From: the human T2T-CHM13v2.0 reference genome, Homo sapiens
Direction: 5' to 3' (one strand)
NCBI RefSeq assembly: GCF_009914755.1
Contig: NC_060926.1
Length of the DNA stretch: 64,000 nt
A program made the position numbers and the translations under genes. Numbering within the stretch: position 1 is the stretch's first letter; each line of letters begins with the position of its first letter. The notes under the pieces were generated by a model. It saw only the letters and a program-made list of their open reading frames with translations, was not told the DNA's origin and did not search any database. Positions 27,337-44,116 of this stretch are shown piece by piece.

Positions 27337-27829
27337 TGTTTCAGTTATCTATTGCTGTGTAACAAACTGCAACAAACCCTAGTGGCTTAAAATAATAACT
27401 ATTTATGTACCAGTGACTTTGTATTTAGGGCTGGCTCAGCTGGGTGATCTTTTCTGCTTTTGTCTTGTGTTACTCATGTGGAAGGAGTCACTGGAGGTGC
27501 AACTGGGGCTGGAGGATCCAAGATGGCATCGCTCATGAGTTTGGTTGTTAATGTGGGCCATTAGTAGGAAGTCTATAATCTCTTCCACATAACTCCTTTG
27601 ATAGGACAGCCCAGGTTTCATACAACATGGCAGTAGTGTTACAAGAGCATTAGCATGGAAACTGTTAAAGCCTTTTTAGACTTAGGCTAAAAGTCACGTA
27701 CAGTCACTTCCTCTCATTCCATTGGTCTAAGCTGTTTACAAGGCCAGCCCAGATTCAAGGGGTTGAAAAATAGAATCACTTCTGATGAGAGGACTGGAAA
27801 TGAATTTGTGGTCATGTTGAATCTTCCCA
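27337..27829 (-). mobile_element. MLT1 (H-like) MaLR LTR
   Basis: TCAGTTATCTATTGCTGTGTAACAAAC..GGGGCTGGAGGATCCAAGATGGC..AAGGCCAGCCCAGATTCAAGGG. Confidence 0.85.
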
Positions 27830-30441
27830 ATTTCTATTTGCTTTAATACAAAATGTTCAAATATCTTATTTTGGAAAATTTAAACTCACACCATAAAAAA
27901 ATGGGACAGAGTATAATATTATTTATTTATTGTATAGCCCCTAGTGTGCTTCAAGCACTAAAAAGTGCTTGGAGATTTTATTCATTGGGAGGAAAATATA
28001 TGGGAAAGCATTGTTATCTAAAAACAGTACCTGGCTTGCAATTAATTAGGTGTGAGTTGATCATTTTTCAATAGCCTTAATGACAAATATTAATTATACA
28101 ATAGTAATTGTCACAGAAAACTAGATTTTAATGACTCTATAACTATTTCTCACAAGTTTGTAATAGGCTTTAATATAATGCAAGGAAAAGCCTCTGATTT
28201 TAATGTGCATATGAAGGATCTTGATAAATAATGCAACTTATTACACCTAAATCTTTGAAATTTTCTATTGGACGGCTGATGCAGTTGGTATCTGGACTGC
28301 ATTTTTAAAAACACTGATTTAAGAAATAAGCTCATCAGAAGACAATCCCCAGAAATATAAGTAATAGGAACAGGTGTTAAAACAAACGTGTTTTGACTGG
28401 TAGATGGTATATTTAAGAGATTTCTCGGTTAAATCTATTACTATTATTATAAAAATCAGTCATAAAAATTTAAAAACGATTCATGCTTTTGGTAAGAGAT
28501 AAAGCTAGAAGATGGGCAAAGTTTTCTCTCCAACTTTGTAAATATGAGATTTGAGGGAATAATAATAAGAAACTGAAATTAGCTCAGGTTGTGAAAACTC
28601 ACTTTCCTATCATATGAATCACTTAAAACCAGGACTTTGTTTTATTTTCTGAGTTTCATTATTTGCTGATGAATAAATTATTATTTATGGAATTTAGGGA
28701 GATAAAGTGGTAATTTTCGAAGACATAAATTACCAAATATAAAAACGTCTCCAAGTTTAAGCAGATGTTATATCCATAAATCCTCCCAATGAGTATAGGA
28801 ATCAAAGTAGTCCAAGTTCAAGCCATGTTTGTGACATGCCATATGGACAGCAACAAGCAAGTCCAGAAGCCAAGGTTAGTGAATGAAAAAATAAATAAAG
28901 CTTTAAGTTGGAAATCCTATAACTTTGGTGGTTTTTATCTCCTTTGGGCTTCACGAACATCATTATAACATGTTAATTATCCCAGTGTTTGTGTTTACAT
29001 TTAAATGGCAAATAGTGGTATTTCTTCCCACTTTTTTATTTCATTTCATTATAATCAATAATCACCCAAAACGTTTACATTGCTATTCTTAATGTTCTTG
29101 GAAATTAACATAAAATGCCACCATGACTCAAAAGGTGTCAATAATTATCTTTTCTAGTAGTGTTCTATTTATACATTGTATATGAAAGTTGATTTTCAGA
29201 AAGGCTTTATTTTCTGTGAAACAGAAATGCTGAGTCTCTGTAACCAAAACAGGCAGTGCTTTCATGTACCTTAATATATTTAAATACAGCCTTAAATAGG
29301 TCATTCTCTCGATTTTGAATTTTAGTGTTAGACATTTAGCATGACAGTCAAGTTCTTGGGAGACTTGGGGTTAAAAAATACACATAGCCGTTTACATGAA
29401 CCTTAAACAAACTTGCAGCAGCATTTTTCTTTCAGTCGACTGACATTTTTCTTTATGTTTCGTCAGTTATATCTGAGTGATCAGACAGCCACTACACGTG
29501 GTACACCCACCAGGATTATTATCTAGACCAAAGGCCCAAAGCTCATTGTAGCAAGCATGTAATTCTTTACAATGTATGCCACGTTAACTGTGTTGGGTTA
29601 TCTATTCAACAGCTGACTGAGCTGGGCTCTCAAGCTCTTCTCGACAACCATGTAAGAAGCGATGACAATTGTACTACTTCATAACAGCTGCATGGAACTC
29701 TGACACACACTTCACAGCAACCAGTCATCTATATAAACCAATTTCAGGAGCAAAATTGCATGGTGCCTCCACTCTGTTATAAACACAATGATATCCACTC
29801 AAAGCTGATAAATGCACTACATTTCTCTGCAGCTTAAAAGAATAAGTTCCTTGCATCTGAGATTTCCTTCCCACAAATTAAGTCATTTTTTTTGTCCTAG
29901 CCATTAATTTAAAACTTTAGAAAGAACAAGACCATTTAGATTTTGAATACCCGTAAAATAAAGAAATTTCAGTCTTAACATTTTGGTTCTCCAACTAAAT
30001 ACACTTTCAATTTTTTTTGGAATATCTCTGCCAGACTTTCCTAATTGATGATCTGAAGGAGAAAGCAAAAGGAAGAAGTAATTAAGGTTTAAAATACTTA
30101 CCACTGCCATAGCAATTCACCAGTTAATTACAATATCTTTTCATAGGATTATACACAATACAATTCTTATTATTGAATAAAACATCTACAAGCAACCTGG
30201 AAACTATTGTTAAAACTTAAATCTTAACTACCCTGTGTTTGGTGAATAATAAAGCTTTGGTGAATCCGTTAATAATTCCAATAGAGTCAAGTAAGATAAA
30301 GAGGTCACTCATATTTTTAAATACACTCTTGTATTACCAACACACATTTTTAAATTAAGGTTGAAAAGACATGGGTAAAAATTATGTACAGTTTCAGATA
30401 AAAAAGACAGACACCCAATTTTTTCATGTTGATAACAGTGA

Positions 30442-30735
30442 CATATATTGTGTATATATATGAGCATATATGAGTACATATATACATATATATTATGAGA
30501 ATATATGTGTATATACATATATGTATATATCCTCATTTATATATGTATAAATATGTCTATCATGTATACACATATATCCTCATAATATATATCTGTATAT
30601 GTACTCATATGATATATATGTATCTATGAGGATATATACATATATGTATATATACATATATCCTCATAATATATATCTGTAAATGTACTCATATACACTC
30701 AATATAAACATATATACATTATGAGTACATAGTCA
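30442..30735. repeat. AT-rich compound repeat with an internal 70-bp inverted repeat
   Basis: TA-rich units; 30467-30536 is the near-perfect reverse complement of 30626-30695. Confidence 0.9.
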
Positions 30736-32714
30736 TAATCATTTCAGATATTAGAAAATGTGTATACATTTATTTTTTCATTTTCTTTATTCTAACAATT
30801 TTACAGGAAGTCAGAGGAATAGAATATTTGAGCAGAGAGAACAGCAAACGTACTTCATAGGACACATATTTTAATAAATTATAATTTATTAATATGTTGA
30901 AACTTAATTACAGAGACAAACTCTGCTGTGTCTAGTGGAGTTTACTGCTGAACAAATGGAAGGACTATATTATTGTACTACTTAAACTATACGATCTTAT
31001 GGCATAATATTCAATGAGTGTCCATTGTCAATATGTTAATGTACACTACCAGTGGACTTATAATTTCTGGCATTAGTTAAGAACTTTACAACAATAACTT
31101 AAAATGATAAATGTTAGTTTCAGAAGTGAGTCTCATGTGAGCTTCACTGCTTTAACAAAAGTGTGAAAACAAGTGATCTAATAAATGATTTTCCACAATA
31201 ACATGTCAGGGTCTGATTGTGTATCAATTATTTTTTTCTTATTCAATCTCTCTGACTACTATGGTCATCTTCAAATGGGAACATCTTAAGGCATTTCAAG
31301 TTATTTCTTAGGATGACATGGATAATTAAGTCATAGCACAAGGAGAAAGAACCTGGTTCCTCCCATTGATTCAGGGTTCTATCCACTGCACCATGCTTTC
31401 TTTAAGGGACTATTAACGATGAAAAATGGATACCTAAAGAAACAAAGACACTTAATATTCAAGTAAAAAAATTAGGACAGACAATTATTTTCACTCCCAT
31501 GCAGCCATTGTGTTTTCTACCATGGCAAGCATCTTTTACCCAAAAAACGATTAAGGAATTAATTTGAAGGAATATATTATTTTCTCATAGAATCCAATGG
31601 TTGGCAGATGGTTGGACCCCTCAAAAAATTGAACTCCAGAACTATGAAATCAAAACCAACAAGTAATCTTTCAGCCTTCTCTTTGTCTCTGGATATGGTT
31701 GTTGCATTAGCGTACAATAAGCCTCCACATTAATGTTCAGGTTATATAGGCTGTTGGGAAAATAATACAAGTGGGGAAGAGAATGGTAAAGCTGGATGAC
31801 TTGAAACTCAAAAGAGGAAGGAAAGTTTTTCACAGGTCTAAAAGCAATCATCTAAGAGTCCCCATCCCCAGGAGTAATTAAAAGAATGAGTTTTACTTTG
31901 TTCCCAGCAAGTAGATGGCTAATTGTTGCACAAACTACAGGTTGCACATAGTTGCAATACCTGTTGCACAGAGAGTTATTCACCTCTATGTGTTACACAG
32001 GCAAGACGAGTAGCAACTACACAGGTAAGACACAGGGGGAGTGGAGTAATTTAAAAAGAGTAGGATTCTTATTAAAGTTAAGGAGTAGAAGAAATACTTC
32101 TTGAAAAAATTAAGACAAAGGGAGTTTTACAGTTAGACTGATTAAAGTTTGAGGAATTTAGGAAAAAAAGGGTTGGGAGAAATGCAGGCTGTGGGTAGAA
32201 GACTTGAGAAAAAGCAACACAGAGAAGTATTGGAAAGATAATTACTGATTGGTTGGGCTAATATTGTGGCCAAACGCCACAGATGACAAGGATATGAGGC
32301 ATGGTTGAATTTATTGCCTTTGAGATTGTGAGCTTGTGTAAACTAGAAATTGTTAAAGGCTTCATGAAGTAAGCAGACTGTTCAGCATTCAAACAGACGT
32401 TGTTCAGATAATGTTCTGCTTATTATTGAATAGAGCATCCTTTCATCTTCCCCGCCATGATTTTGCACAGACTAAAGAAATATAGAATAGCTTGGAGGAA
32501 ATGGCCTTTTGCAGATGTTTATTGCTGTGACTCTCTGGCTTACAGTAATTTCTTAAATATCCCTGTGTTCCATTGCATTTTGTTTTGCAGTTGCTATTCT
32601 CGATTATTTATTTGACTAGGTATTGTGTTTTAAAAATACATTGTGATAATAACACAAAAAGAAAAGATGCAGAGGTATTTATAGTAAAAAGAAATTTCCT
32701 CTTCCTATGATCTG

Positions 32715-33160
32715 CCAGCGCAGTGCATGTTGTGGTGTGCTGCATTCCACCACCCATCCTCTTCCCCTTGCAGGACTGAGACATCCATCTCCACAGCTGC
32801 TGCGGGAATTGACAGCTGAAAACTCTCAGCTGAGTTTATCTCATGGACTTGCCCTGAGTTGATGAGAGCCACCTTACTCAAAGTTCCATTTCCCCCTGAG
32901 AGCAGCCTGCATTTAATGTGGGGGCTATAAAGACCCAGCTCAGTCCCCTTATATCACATTAGGACAATCTAAAGGGCGGGCTTTCTCAGTGCCATTGTTT
33001 CTTGTGGGATCTAGTGAAACCTGTTATTTTTGTGACTCATCTATAACTTCTGCCTTTGACCAGTTCTGTTTTTCTCACTTCCTTATAGATATTGCCCTGA
33101 AGAGCACTTCTTTCTTTCTCTGTCTCAGTGTCTGTTTCTAGGACAACTCAATCAAAAACA
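32715..33160 (+). mobile_element. LTR16A-like ERVL solo LTR
   Basis: CAGGACTGAGACA..CAGCTGCTG..CTCTCAGCTGAGT..GGGGGCTATAAAGACCC..TCTCAGTGTCTGTTTCTAGG. Confidence 0.7.
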
Positions 33161-36240
<3,080 letters not shown>

Positions 36241-38994
36241 AAAGAAATCTCTACTCGATTTTGAAATGCACTGTTGGATTTTGCTCTGATTATTCACATA
36301 TTTAACTTCATAATTAGAATTTATTTCTAAGATTTCATGTCTTGCAATTCATGGATAGTGGCCAATAGATTGCCCTGGAACCAAAAGCTACCCTGGGATC
36401 AACATGACTACAGATACTTTACCAGATAGGCAATTGTTGTCAAGATAAAAGAAATGTTCTTTTCAGCCCTAGAATCTTCACATTGAAATACACAAAATTC
36501 AGACCTTCCTAAATACTGTAAGATATTCAGTGTTATTTTCTAAATTGAATCATTTTTAAGAAGACCACTATACTTCATTAGAAATTGAAACTTGAAAAAC
36601 ACAAAGAATGCAAGTTCTGGAATGATAGTTACCAAATATACCAAAACATAAGCATTTGAAAGTATTCTTAACTATTTTACATCCAGCTTATTTCAAAGTG
36701 AATATTTAGGTGCTGAAGGGAAAAGTAACCTGAATTGTTTGTCAGGATGATATACTGAAGAAAATCTGCAAAAGATTTCTATGCCATGATAAGAAATGGT
36801 CAGTGTTCATTTGTTCTGAGTTTGTTCCCAAGTGGAAATAGCTCATCTTTGATGCATAGCTTTTGTTTTCCTCTAATTATTGATTCTGTGCATGACCTCT
36901 GGAATTGATACCTGTATTACAACACATAATTTTTGGAGGGTGGGGGTAGTGGTTTCATTTTTATTTTGTAATAAACTATGTGACAGCTATGTCTTTCATT
37001 AAGTATTTAACATAGGCAAATGACCTAATCTATTTCATCATCTAGATTATGATATTATCTAAGTTCCCTGGGAGCCCTAAATTGATATGTCTCTATGATT
37101 CTAAGTAAATCCAGTTATTTCCACTAAAACACGAATATTCCAATTTGGATTATTAGAACCATATGGTTTGAATATTAGCGTTTTGGCCCATATATAACTC
37201 AAAATCCATTCCTCTCTTACCAATATGTGCTAATTTACATTTCAAAACAGAGTGATATTTTAAAATCCTAAGATATTGCAAAAATAGGACATAACTGAAC
37301 CAAACTCTTTCTAAATTGAAAAAGATAGGTAATTCAAAATGAGAAACACTTTAAAGTTTGGGTTCAATCAAAGTAATATATTTTTCCTTTCATAGAGTAA
37401 TATATTATTTCACACCAAAATCATTACCATGTATCAAAATGCTAGAAACTATAATTTTGATGTGCTCTGGTATTCCTATACTGGATAATATTTTACCTGG
37501 TTATAGTGTTAATGGGATTTTGTGTCAATATATGTTTTAGTGAAGGCATTGTCTTTCTAGTTGGAAAAATGAAGGGTTTGAGATGGCAAGTTTTTTTTTA
37601 ATAAATAGAAAATCTTTCTATAAAGTTTTGAAGGAAAAGACTCTAAGAACTATACATTTATAATTAATGTCTCGGCACTGTCCCTGATGCTTTGGCTTTG
37701 CAGCTCATATCATTTCTAAGTATCAGCCAGAATAAACACTGGCTTTGTTATAGGGCAGGCTGATATAAAGAGCCATATGTGCTCCAATGACACAGCACAG
37801 GGAGACAGACAAAGGCCTTGTCTATAAATCCCTTTTTAAAAAAATTTAGATTGCTCCCTGAACCTACTTTAATCCCTTCTAGTTTATTTAAATTAGTTCT
37901 TCCTGCCAGCCTGTACCTGCCAAATAAAACATCCCAATCAAATGTCTAGCGTGCAAAGCAGAAAGGTTTGATCTGATCCTGAAAGACTTTTGTTCTATCC
38001 CATTTCTATAACCATACTACCTAATTAAATTATATAAAACCTTTACTAAGACAAGATAGGTCAGGTACCTGAAAGAAGGAGGAAAAGAGAGTCAGTCAAT
38101 TATTATAACCAAACTGGCTTTCAGTGGCATAAAACCTCATCAACCTGCTATCTCTGCCACTGACAGGTCCTCCCAGGCCTTTGGCATCTGATACCATCAG
38201 ATTATCTGCTGGTTGCTTGAACCTGAACACATTCCTTTCCAAGATCTTGAAGTTAAGTTGCACAGTGAATGCACTATGGCTTCCAAAGTCTTTCCACTGT
38301 AACATATTTAGTTAATGAACACAAACTCTTAGAGAAAGAAAGTGATAGGAAAATAAGGTGCATCTAATATATGAGTAAATGGTCCTCTAGGCATATCTTG
38401 CATAGAAATAGTAAAGTTATGATTAATAGGTTATCTAATGCATTAACAAAGGCACAAGCCAGCATAGTTCAATACTATCAGATTTGCAAAATGCATTGAT
38501 TTTGAAAGAGTTGCTAGGGTCTGTTTAGCCTTGAACAACTCTGGTTATGAAGCTTATGGTTGGGTGAAAAGTGGACAACTTCTATGTGCTTAAATATTCT
38601 TAAAAAATATAATTATGTATGGTCATTTCTAAATATACAGAAAATCTGTATGTCCTACACTTTTCAATAACATAACAATTAAAACAGGTACTAATGATAT
38701 TCCTGAAACACAATATGAACCCAATCTCTATCTCACCCCACGTTGAGTCTATTGTTCTCTAAATGCTTCTAAATCTCTATGAGCTATTGCTTCTTAGTAT
38801 TGCAATGAATAAAGAGAAATAGACAATTTATTCTTACAAGATCTATGAGGAACTGCAGTTACTAAAATGTTAATGCATAATGAGGAAATTTTACAGTTGA
38901 TCTGGTCAACCACAAAAAATATTTATTTAGGAAAGTGATTAAAAGTAACATTGCCTAGCAATTAATTTATGGTTATTCCACAGTTTGGTTCTCC

Positions 38995-39272
38995 TTTTTT
39001 TTTTCTTTTCTTTTTTTTTTTTTTTTGAGACAGAGTCTTGCTCTGTGGCCCAGGCTGGAGTGCAGTGGCAGCGATCTCGGCTCACTGCAAGCTCTGCCTA
39101 GTAGCTAGGACTACAGGCACCTGCCACTACGCCCGGCTAATTTTTTGTATTTTTAGTAGAGATGGGGTTTCACCGTGTTAGCCAGGATGGTCTCCATCTC
39201 CTGACCTTGTGATCTGCCCGCCTCAGCCTCCCAAAGTGCTGGGATTACAGGCCTGAGCCACCACGCCCGGCC
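38995..39272 (-). mobile_element. AluY with a ~36-bp internal deletion
   Basis: Junction GCAAGCTCTGCCT|AGTAGCT lacks CCCGGGTTCACGCCATTCTCCTGCCTCAGCCTCCCG. Confidence 0.93.
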
Positions 39273-40399
39273 CATTGTTTTGGTTTTCTATTGCAATGAT
39301 TTCTTCTGCTTCTACTCTCATATTTAACCACAAGTTTAGCAAAGCTATACTGGTATTGCAGTTGCAGATATGGCTACAACATTTCAGGACATTTAAAATA
39401 TTCTTATAAGCACACAGAGGTGAAGCAAAAGGACATAAAGCTGAATAGGTGTTTCATTTTCAGACTTAAGAATGCAGAGTCTCTACCGGCGTTTTTCTAT
39501 TTTAATATTCTTAGTAGGTTAAAAACTGGGCACTGATACCCAAAACACTAGAAAAACTCAGTAATGATTAATGAATAAAATTCATACTTTTACTCTAAAT
39601 AAATCTTTATCAAAGATTTACAAAACATAGTGAACTTCATTAGCTGTTAACTTTTAGTCCATCAAAACAGAGTGTTTATGACAAACTTTGCTTACTATAA
39701 CTATAACATATGTTTATTCCATAGTCTTAGAATAAAGGTTATATTATTCGTGGAGAAGCAATGGGCTTTCACTGATAATGCATCAGAAAAGATAGTAGCA
39801 AAGAAAAATATTATAGAACCTTAAAATGAAATAACACATTATCATAAACAAGGTAAATTTTTTTTCCGAGTATATCCAAGCTTTCCTATGTAACCTAAGA
39901 CTTAACTTTAGAAAGATTTTACTGGGTATTTTGGAGAAGTATACTCAAAGAAAAATGACTTATCTCCACAGTGGCTCTGCTACCTTCTCTTACCTAAGCA
40001 CTGGTAATTGCCTTCTAAAATCCAAGAAATACATGATCTTGAACTTCACCCTCCCCAAATTTGCCCTACATGAGCATCATTTTGATTTCTTCTTTCCATC
40101 AAGATTTCCAAGCTTATATCCGCTTATATCCTCCTTTTTCTTAATGTAGCATGAAATTTGATGACTCTGTGGCTTTAGTGACACCGTATCCCCTGCTTAA
40201 ACACCACTCATTCTCTCGCCCAATAGGCAAAATCTATTTTTCTTCAAAGACTCAACTCAAATGTCACCACCTGTAATGAGAATGTCCTCCAATCAGAGTC
40301 ATTCAATATTACTTCATTTAGATTCCAATTATGAGACTTCATCTCACTTTTTCACATTTTATTTTAATTGTGTATGTTCTCTCTCCCCTTCTATGGGAG

Positions 40400-40620
40400 G
40401 TGGAATAATGTAGTAACTTCAGTCAATCAAACTTGTATATGAATTCCAGCTTCCCCAACTCTTAGTTTTGTGGATTTAGACAAATAAATCAACTTTGCAG
40501 AGCCTCAGTTTCTTCATATTTAAAATAGGAATAACAATATTGGCCCAATATATTTTCAGAGAGATTAGATAAAATCAAGTATGGAAAATATTCAGCATGC
40601 TGTCTGAGATATTATGCAAT
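40400..40620 (+). mobile_element. MIR, with flanking L2-like sequence at ~39960-40390
   Basis: GAATTCCAGCTTC..GAGCCTCAGTTTCTTCATATTTAAAATAGGAATAACAAT. Confidence 0.7.
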
Positions 40621-40959
40621 TTAGATGATGACTATCATAAAGTCAGGTTCTATGATTTACTTATCCTTATGTTTCAAATGCCTGGACTACTATCTTGCAT
40701 ATATGTCTGACTCATTCAACTTCTTAGAAGCCTAAAAACTCTCCCAGAGAATTTAAGAATTCCCACCCATGCTCATGAAATACACCATAACCCAGAAAAG
40801 GAGAAACATAATGTTAAGCCATTGGATAGATTTTCTGGAGGATAAGAGAAAAGCTCAAGTACATACATCTACATTTTCAAATGCCTCACTCTACTACGGG
40901 GTTATCTGTAAATAAATTAAGCGGTCAATGGAAATAACACTAAATTGCGACAGAAAGAA

Positions 40960-41130
40960 TTATGCCTTATTCCTGACTTTGTCATTTCAGAACTCTGTGA
41001 TGTGCTGTAATTCCAGACCCTCTCAAAGGCCCTGTTGTTTTCATCTATAAGATGGGTATTACTGCATATCCCTTGACATAGGGTATTTGTTAATAGGATT
41101 AGATGATAGTCATAAATATATCTGGCAAAC
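40960..41130 (+). mobile_element. MIR fragment
   Basis: CTGTGTGA-like motif; TTTCATCTATAAGATGGG..ACATAGGGTATTTGT..AGGATTAGATGA. Confidence 0.55.
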
Positions 41131-42765
41131 TGAAAAAGAAAAAAATGGCTTTTGAGGAGAAACTCACTCAGTGTTGTATTCAAGTTTTCAATACTTAGTA
41201 GCAAGTAATGGAGAATGTTTCCACAATTGTAAGTATAGATAATATCTACCTTGCAAAGGAGCTTGGAGCATTAATGTTAATATAAAAATACTTCATGTTT
41301 CATAGTAATTGCTCAAATGTTCTAATATGTATCATCATAAGATATTACTTTATTATAAAGAATATACTAGCAATACAAAAATAAATATAACAACCTTGAT
41401 ATTTTAAGTATGTTTCTCTCAATGTATTTTGAACATGGATTTTGTTATTAGGAGAACTAAAGCTGGTTGAGCATGTTAACTTTTGAACGTTTTCTTTTCT
41501 CATTTCTTTTACTCATAGCAATGGATGTGAATCTCCTAAACTCATCATTAGTAATTCAACCAAAACATTTCACTCTGTCCTTTTAAAAGAGACTGTTTAC
41601 AATATCTTTATTTTAGCACCTATAAATGTACCAACTTGTCCAAAGAAATTGGCTCCTGGTAGGAACAAAATGTAAGAGGGGGGTCGCTGCATGCAAAGCC
41701 TTAGCACCATAATGGAAGTGAGCATTTCATATTTTAATTTGATCAGGTGGGCTGTACCCTGCCAACAGTACTTTATAACTACTTAATATTTCCTAGTCAT
41801 TCGAATGTAAATAAGCTTGTCAAGAGAATTTGGGTAAATTTTTTATTTTTATTTTTTTTAAGCAAGCATGTTTGGCAGGCAGGTTTTCCCAAGATCACCC
41901 AGCTTTAATTTTAAATTTCAAAAGCCTCACATTTAATCCCTTGAGCTGGCCTGGTACCTTGCACCATCTGTTCCCATGGTTTTGTTATAACAGTGAGCAC
42001 CTGCAGAGTTTTGCAACATTTCAAGCTGATTGTGGACAAAAATCAAAATAATTATAATTTTCATAAAGTAAAGACTTCCATTCAGACACTACAATTCCAT
42101 CTAATGTGGATTTTGGAAAACCAATCTTGCTTATAATTTGTTTCTTATGGATAAGGGTAATTTATTTCTATTTTGTTTTTGTGGAAGATCAATCCTTTAA
42201 AACATATGCACAATCAATGTGGAATTCTCACACTCCAGCCACATCCAGAAAATTCTTGGATAATGCTAGTCAGTTCTTAGATCAGGGCTTCTTGATGTAT
42301 CTTGATTAGACAAGTCCATTAGTCAACAGCCATAACGAAGTTAGTCTTATTTTTTATTGTTCACACTTTTTGTTGTTTGTTGTCCGTTTGTTTGTATGAA
42401 TAGCAATGAGATTCTCCACACATTTTATTTTCAAATGTTTTTACACTGTCAATAGAAGTAAAACATGTATGCATTATCCATTAAAGACAGAAAAAGGAAA
42501 GATAAGGTGAGTGCTCACCTTCTCCCTATATCTTTGGAATAGAGAAGTCATTCATGTAAACATAGGATTCTGTATTAGAAAACCTGAATGTTGGCAGATC
42601 AATGTCTTCTGGTAGGTAAATATCTTGCCAGTAGGCTAGTCATCCATAGGACACTAGATAATTACTTATATAGGATGAAAAAAAGATCTTTTAACATGGA
42701 TACTCAAGTATTGATCTTTTGCTCTTTGTCTTGGTATTTAGAAAGAAATCTTAAAAACTGTCAAT

Positions 42766-43067
42766 GGCCGGGCACAGTGGCTCACGCCTGTAATCCGAGC
42801 ACTTTGGGAGGCCGAGGCGGGTGGATCACGAAGTCAGGAGATCGAGACCATCCTGGCTAACACGGTGAAACCCCGTCTCTACTAAAAATACAAAAAATTA
42901 GCCAGGAGAGATGGCGTGCTCCTGTAGTCCCAGCTGCTAGGGAGGCTGAGGCAGGAGAATGGCGTGAACCTGGGAGGGGGAGCTTTCAGTGAGCCGAGAT
43001 AGCGCCACTGCACTCCAGCCTGGGTGACAGAGCGAGACTCCATCTCAAAAAAAAAAAAAAAAAAAAA
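42766..43067 (+). mobile_element. AluY
   Basis: Y diagnostics, pure A tail, TSD AAAAACTGTCAAT / AAAACCTGTCAAT. Confidence 0.95.
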
Positions 43068-43826
43068 AAAACCTGTCAATGACACCCACTTTTTAATTTT
43101 TTTGTTTAAAGTGTTATCCTTTTATTCAAATTGCATAAAGTTAAAATGTTGACGAGTTTAGAGTCCACTGACCAGTAGCTAAGTATGATTAAGTATGATA
43201 CATTTGATTTAGTTTTGCTAAAACTCAAAAGAGAGTAATAATTTTGCAGTGTATGTATATTACTTCACTAAGACATCACCAGAAGCATGGTAGAGGGTTG
43301 TAAGAGTTTTTTCTCTATAACATTGGAGTTCAGTCAATACCACTTAAGGATGCCCTAAAAGAATATGACAAATAAGAGAGTAAATCTATTGGCCAGAGAG
43401 AAAAATCGCCTTTGGACTTGTGGAAGAATGGTATAGCCACCAAAGGTGAACTGCCATGCCAAAAGGAATAGAAGGAATGAATGTGGTGCTCAGTTGAGAA
43501 AGTTGAATAAATCGGGGTCTGGTAGAGATTGCTATCCTGGCGACACATTGGTGATAACTGCAATTCATGACAGAATAGAGGCAACTACTAGAAGGGACTG
43601 AGATGCTTGGAGAGGCATCTGGAGACAAGATCCTGCTCAAAAAATTAGGCAAGAATTGGTGGTGGTAGACTTGTAGCACAGTGTGTGAGACAAACATTAG
43701 CAACACAGAAAGATCTTGAAGAGAAAGGTATACTTTAGAAGGCTAGATATCCAATGTCAGTTAATAGTAGCTAATAACTTAATAACTTAGCAATTTTTTA
43801 ATACTAATTTCACTACCACTGTATTT

Positions 43827-44116
<290 letters not shown>

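Noticed and set aside
38096-38305. 69-aa - strand ORF with protein-like composition
   Set aside because: No recognisable homology and no convincing flanking splice sites.
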